64,000 nucleotides of DNA. Source: a virus. Where the stretch lies: IMG/VR virus record IMGVR_UViG_3300045988_077137; one strand, given 5' to 3'. Below are positions 62,605 to 64,000 of the stretch, in pieces; the stretch's first letter is position 1; each line of letters starts with the position of its first letter. The notes under the pieces are model-generated. The model saw only the letters and a list, made by a program, of their open reading frames with translations. It searched no databases and was not told the origin of the DNA. The position numbers and the translations under genes are program-made.

Positions 62605-63153
62605 TTATTTGAACCCTGCTTTCTTGATGAAGAAACTGTTTACTTTACCCTCTACCAATTCCCCGAGGAACTCCGTTGGGGTGACAGGTTTGAGGAGGTT
62701 GTTCAGTTTCTTAGACTTGTCCTGAACCGCCCACTGAAGTGCGTCAAGGACGCTGAAATTCTTCTGAGCGTCAATATACGCAATACAGAGATTCTGATAG
62801 TCTTCGTCAAGTAGGAGAGCCTCGTCAAGAGCCTTTTCCGACAACTTGATTTCCTCAACTTCCCCGTCTTCCAAAGCCAACGTGAACTTTCCGCCATTAC
62901 GGTTCGCCTCGCGACGCCATTCCTTCTTTGTCTGGGCTTCGTAAACCTCTTTCTCGAGTTTACATTCCGCGACTTTCTTTTCGGCTTCAGCACGGAGCAA
63001 CCCTACTTTGTTCAGGAGCGCACTGACTGTAACCGCTTCACCATATAAATTACTGTACTCAATAGAAGTGAGTTTATCGATGTCAACCGTGTCCTCAAAT
63101 CCATTTGTTTGTAATGTCACTGGGACATCATTGAAATGCACAAGAATGTTCAT
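62605..63153 (-). CDS. Hypothetical protein
   Basis: 182-aa ORF. Confidence 0.5.
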   Translation of the reverse strand: MNILVHFNDVPVTLQTNGFEDTVDIDKLTSIEYSNLYGEAVTVSALLNKVGLLRAEAEKKVAECKLEKEVYEAQTKKEWRREANRNGGKFTLALEDGEVEEIKLSEKALDEALLLDEDYQNLCIAYIDAQKNFSVLDALQWAVQDKSKKLNNLLKPVTPTEFLGELVEGKVNSFFIKKAGFK

Positions 63154-63180
63154 AATTTTCTTCCTTTTATCTTAGTAAAT

Positions 63181-64000
63181 TTATAACGTCAAAGTAACGA
63201 TATTCGACTCGAAACAGGCTCTCAGCGTGTTCACCTCTTTACGGTTGTCGTAGGAAAGGATACCATTGATGAGTATCAGGTTCGCTCTTCCGCACGATAA
63301 CAGGGGTTCCAACTGTTCGTATTCCTGCTGGAATATCACAATTTCGATGAACTCATAGTTCGCCTCTAATATCAGGCGACACATCGTATCCCCCTTGCGT
63401 GTCTTCTTAATCTCCATTTCAGCGATGAACCCAGCCAACACGACGTACCCGTTATTCGGCTTCACTTCCGTATCGTGACACTCCTCAAGAGTAGCATATT
63501 CGTAGGCATCAGGGAACTCCCCAGCGAACCTGTCATAGATTTTCTGGTAATCAAAGAACGCCAGTCCGGATACTTTCTTTTGTAGGAGTGCCCACCACCA
63601 AGCGTCATTGGCGTGGAAGTCGGCTCCAACTAATACAGGGTCGTCTTCCTTAACATTTCCCTTCGTTGTTCCGAGGAAGTGTACCAACAGGTCTATTCGC
63701 TCCTGAGGTTTCTTTACCCCCTCAAGACTGTCGAACGCTCCTGCCAATATCAGGTTTCTGATGATACGGCTGTTCACTGCTGAACCCTTCCATTTATGTC
63801 GGGTGATAAAGTCGTCTAACGACCAATATTGACCGTTCTCTGTACGTTCCTTTATAATTTGGGTTGCAGCCTTTTCTGCGACCTGTTTGACTCCTGTAAT
63901 TGACCAATACAAGGCTTTCTCTTTGAAGTTGATAACAACATCGGTATCCGATATATTGATATCCACAGGACGTACCGTACAGACTCCCGTCTTATTGATT
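63181..64000 (-). CDS. dnaE: DNA polymerase III alpha subunit, C-terminal part (partial, continues past the window edge)
   Basis: The frame is open to position 64000. VRPVDINISD..., a HhH-like SAVNSRIIRNLILAGAFDSL and an OB-fold-like GYVVLAGFIAEMEIKKTRKGDTMCRLILE match the DnaE C-terminus. Confidence 0.75.
   Translation of the reverse strand, partial: INKTGVCTVRPVDINISDTDVVINFKEKALYWSITGVKQVAEKAATQIIKERTENGQYWSLDDFITRHKWKGSAVNSRIIRNLILAGAFDSLEGVKKPQERIDLLVHFLGTTKGNVKEDDPVLVGADFHANDAWWWALLQKKVSGLAFFDYQKIYDRFAGEFPDAYEYATLEECHDTEVKPNNGYVVLAGFIAEMEIKKTRKGDTMCRLILEANYEFIEIVIFQQEYEQLEPLLSCGRANLILINGILSYDNRKEVNTLRACFESNIVTLTL

Overview
The window looks like part of a large dsDNA phage, or phage-plasmid, of a Bacteroidota host. 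The host call rests on many TAnnTTTG -7 promoter boxes, BACON-like modules, and DUF4494- and TIGR02757-like genes. Most genes are on the minus strand. From left to right I see: a head-morphogenesis block (portal, MuF-like, Nudix, prohead protease); a divergent iteron origin with a Rep_3-like initiator; a plus-strand block (membrane protein, lipoprotein, papain-like peptidase, BACON-like surface protein); about 25 kb of small accessory genes punctuated by a repeated ~80-bp promoter cassette; and a replication/recombination block. That last block holds GroEL, an RNR that is probably class II, a UvrD-like helicase, RNase H, an SNF2 helicase, LigA, RuvC, Rad50/RecA/Mre11-like genes and the DnaE C-terminus, interrupted by two free-standing GIY-YIG endonuclease genes. 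The most unusual observations: (1) a four-member paralog family of BACON-like proteins, three of which are broken only at long poly-G runs placed on Gly clusters; (2) the fourth member is flanked by a perfect 34-bp inverted repeat and a start-less alternative C-terminal cassette, which suggests a DNA-inversion switch; (3) a 3.5-kb cargo-carrying IS1595-type transposon with 87-bp perfect terminal repeats and an 8-bp target duplication, inserted exactly at the rad50/ruvC junction; (4) a GC-rich region of ~0.65 kb with no convincing ORF. All calls come from reading the sequence and remembering protein motifs. No database search, RNA folding or statistics were run.
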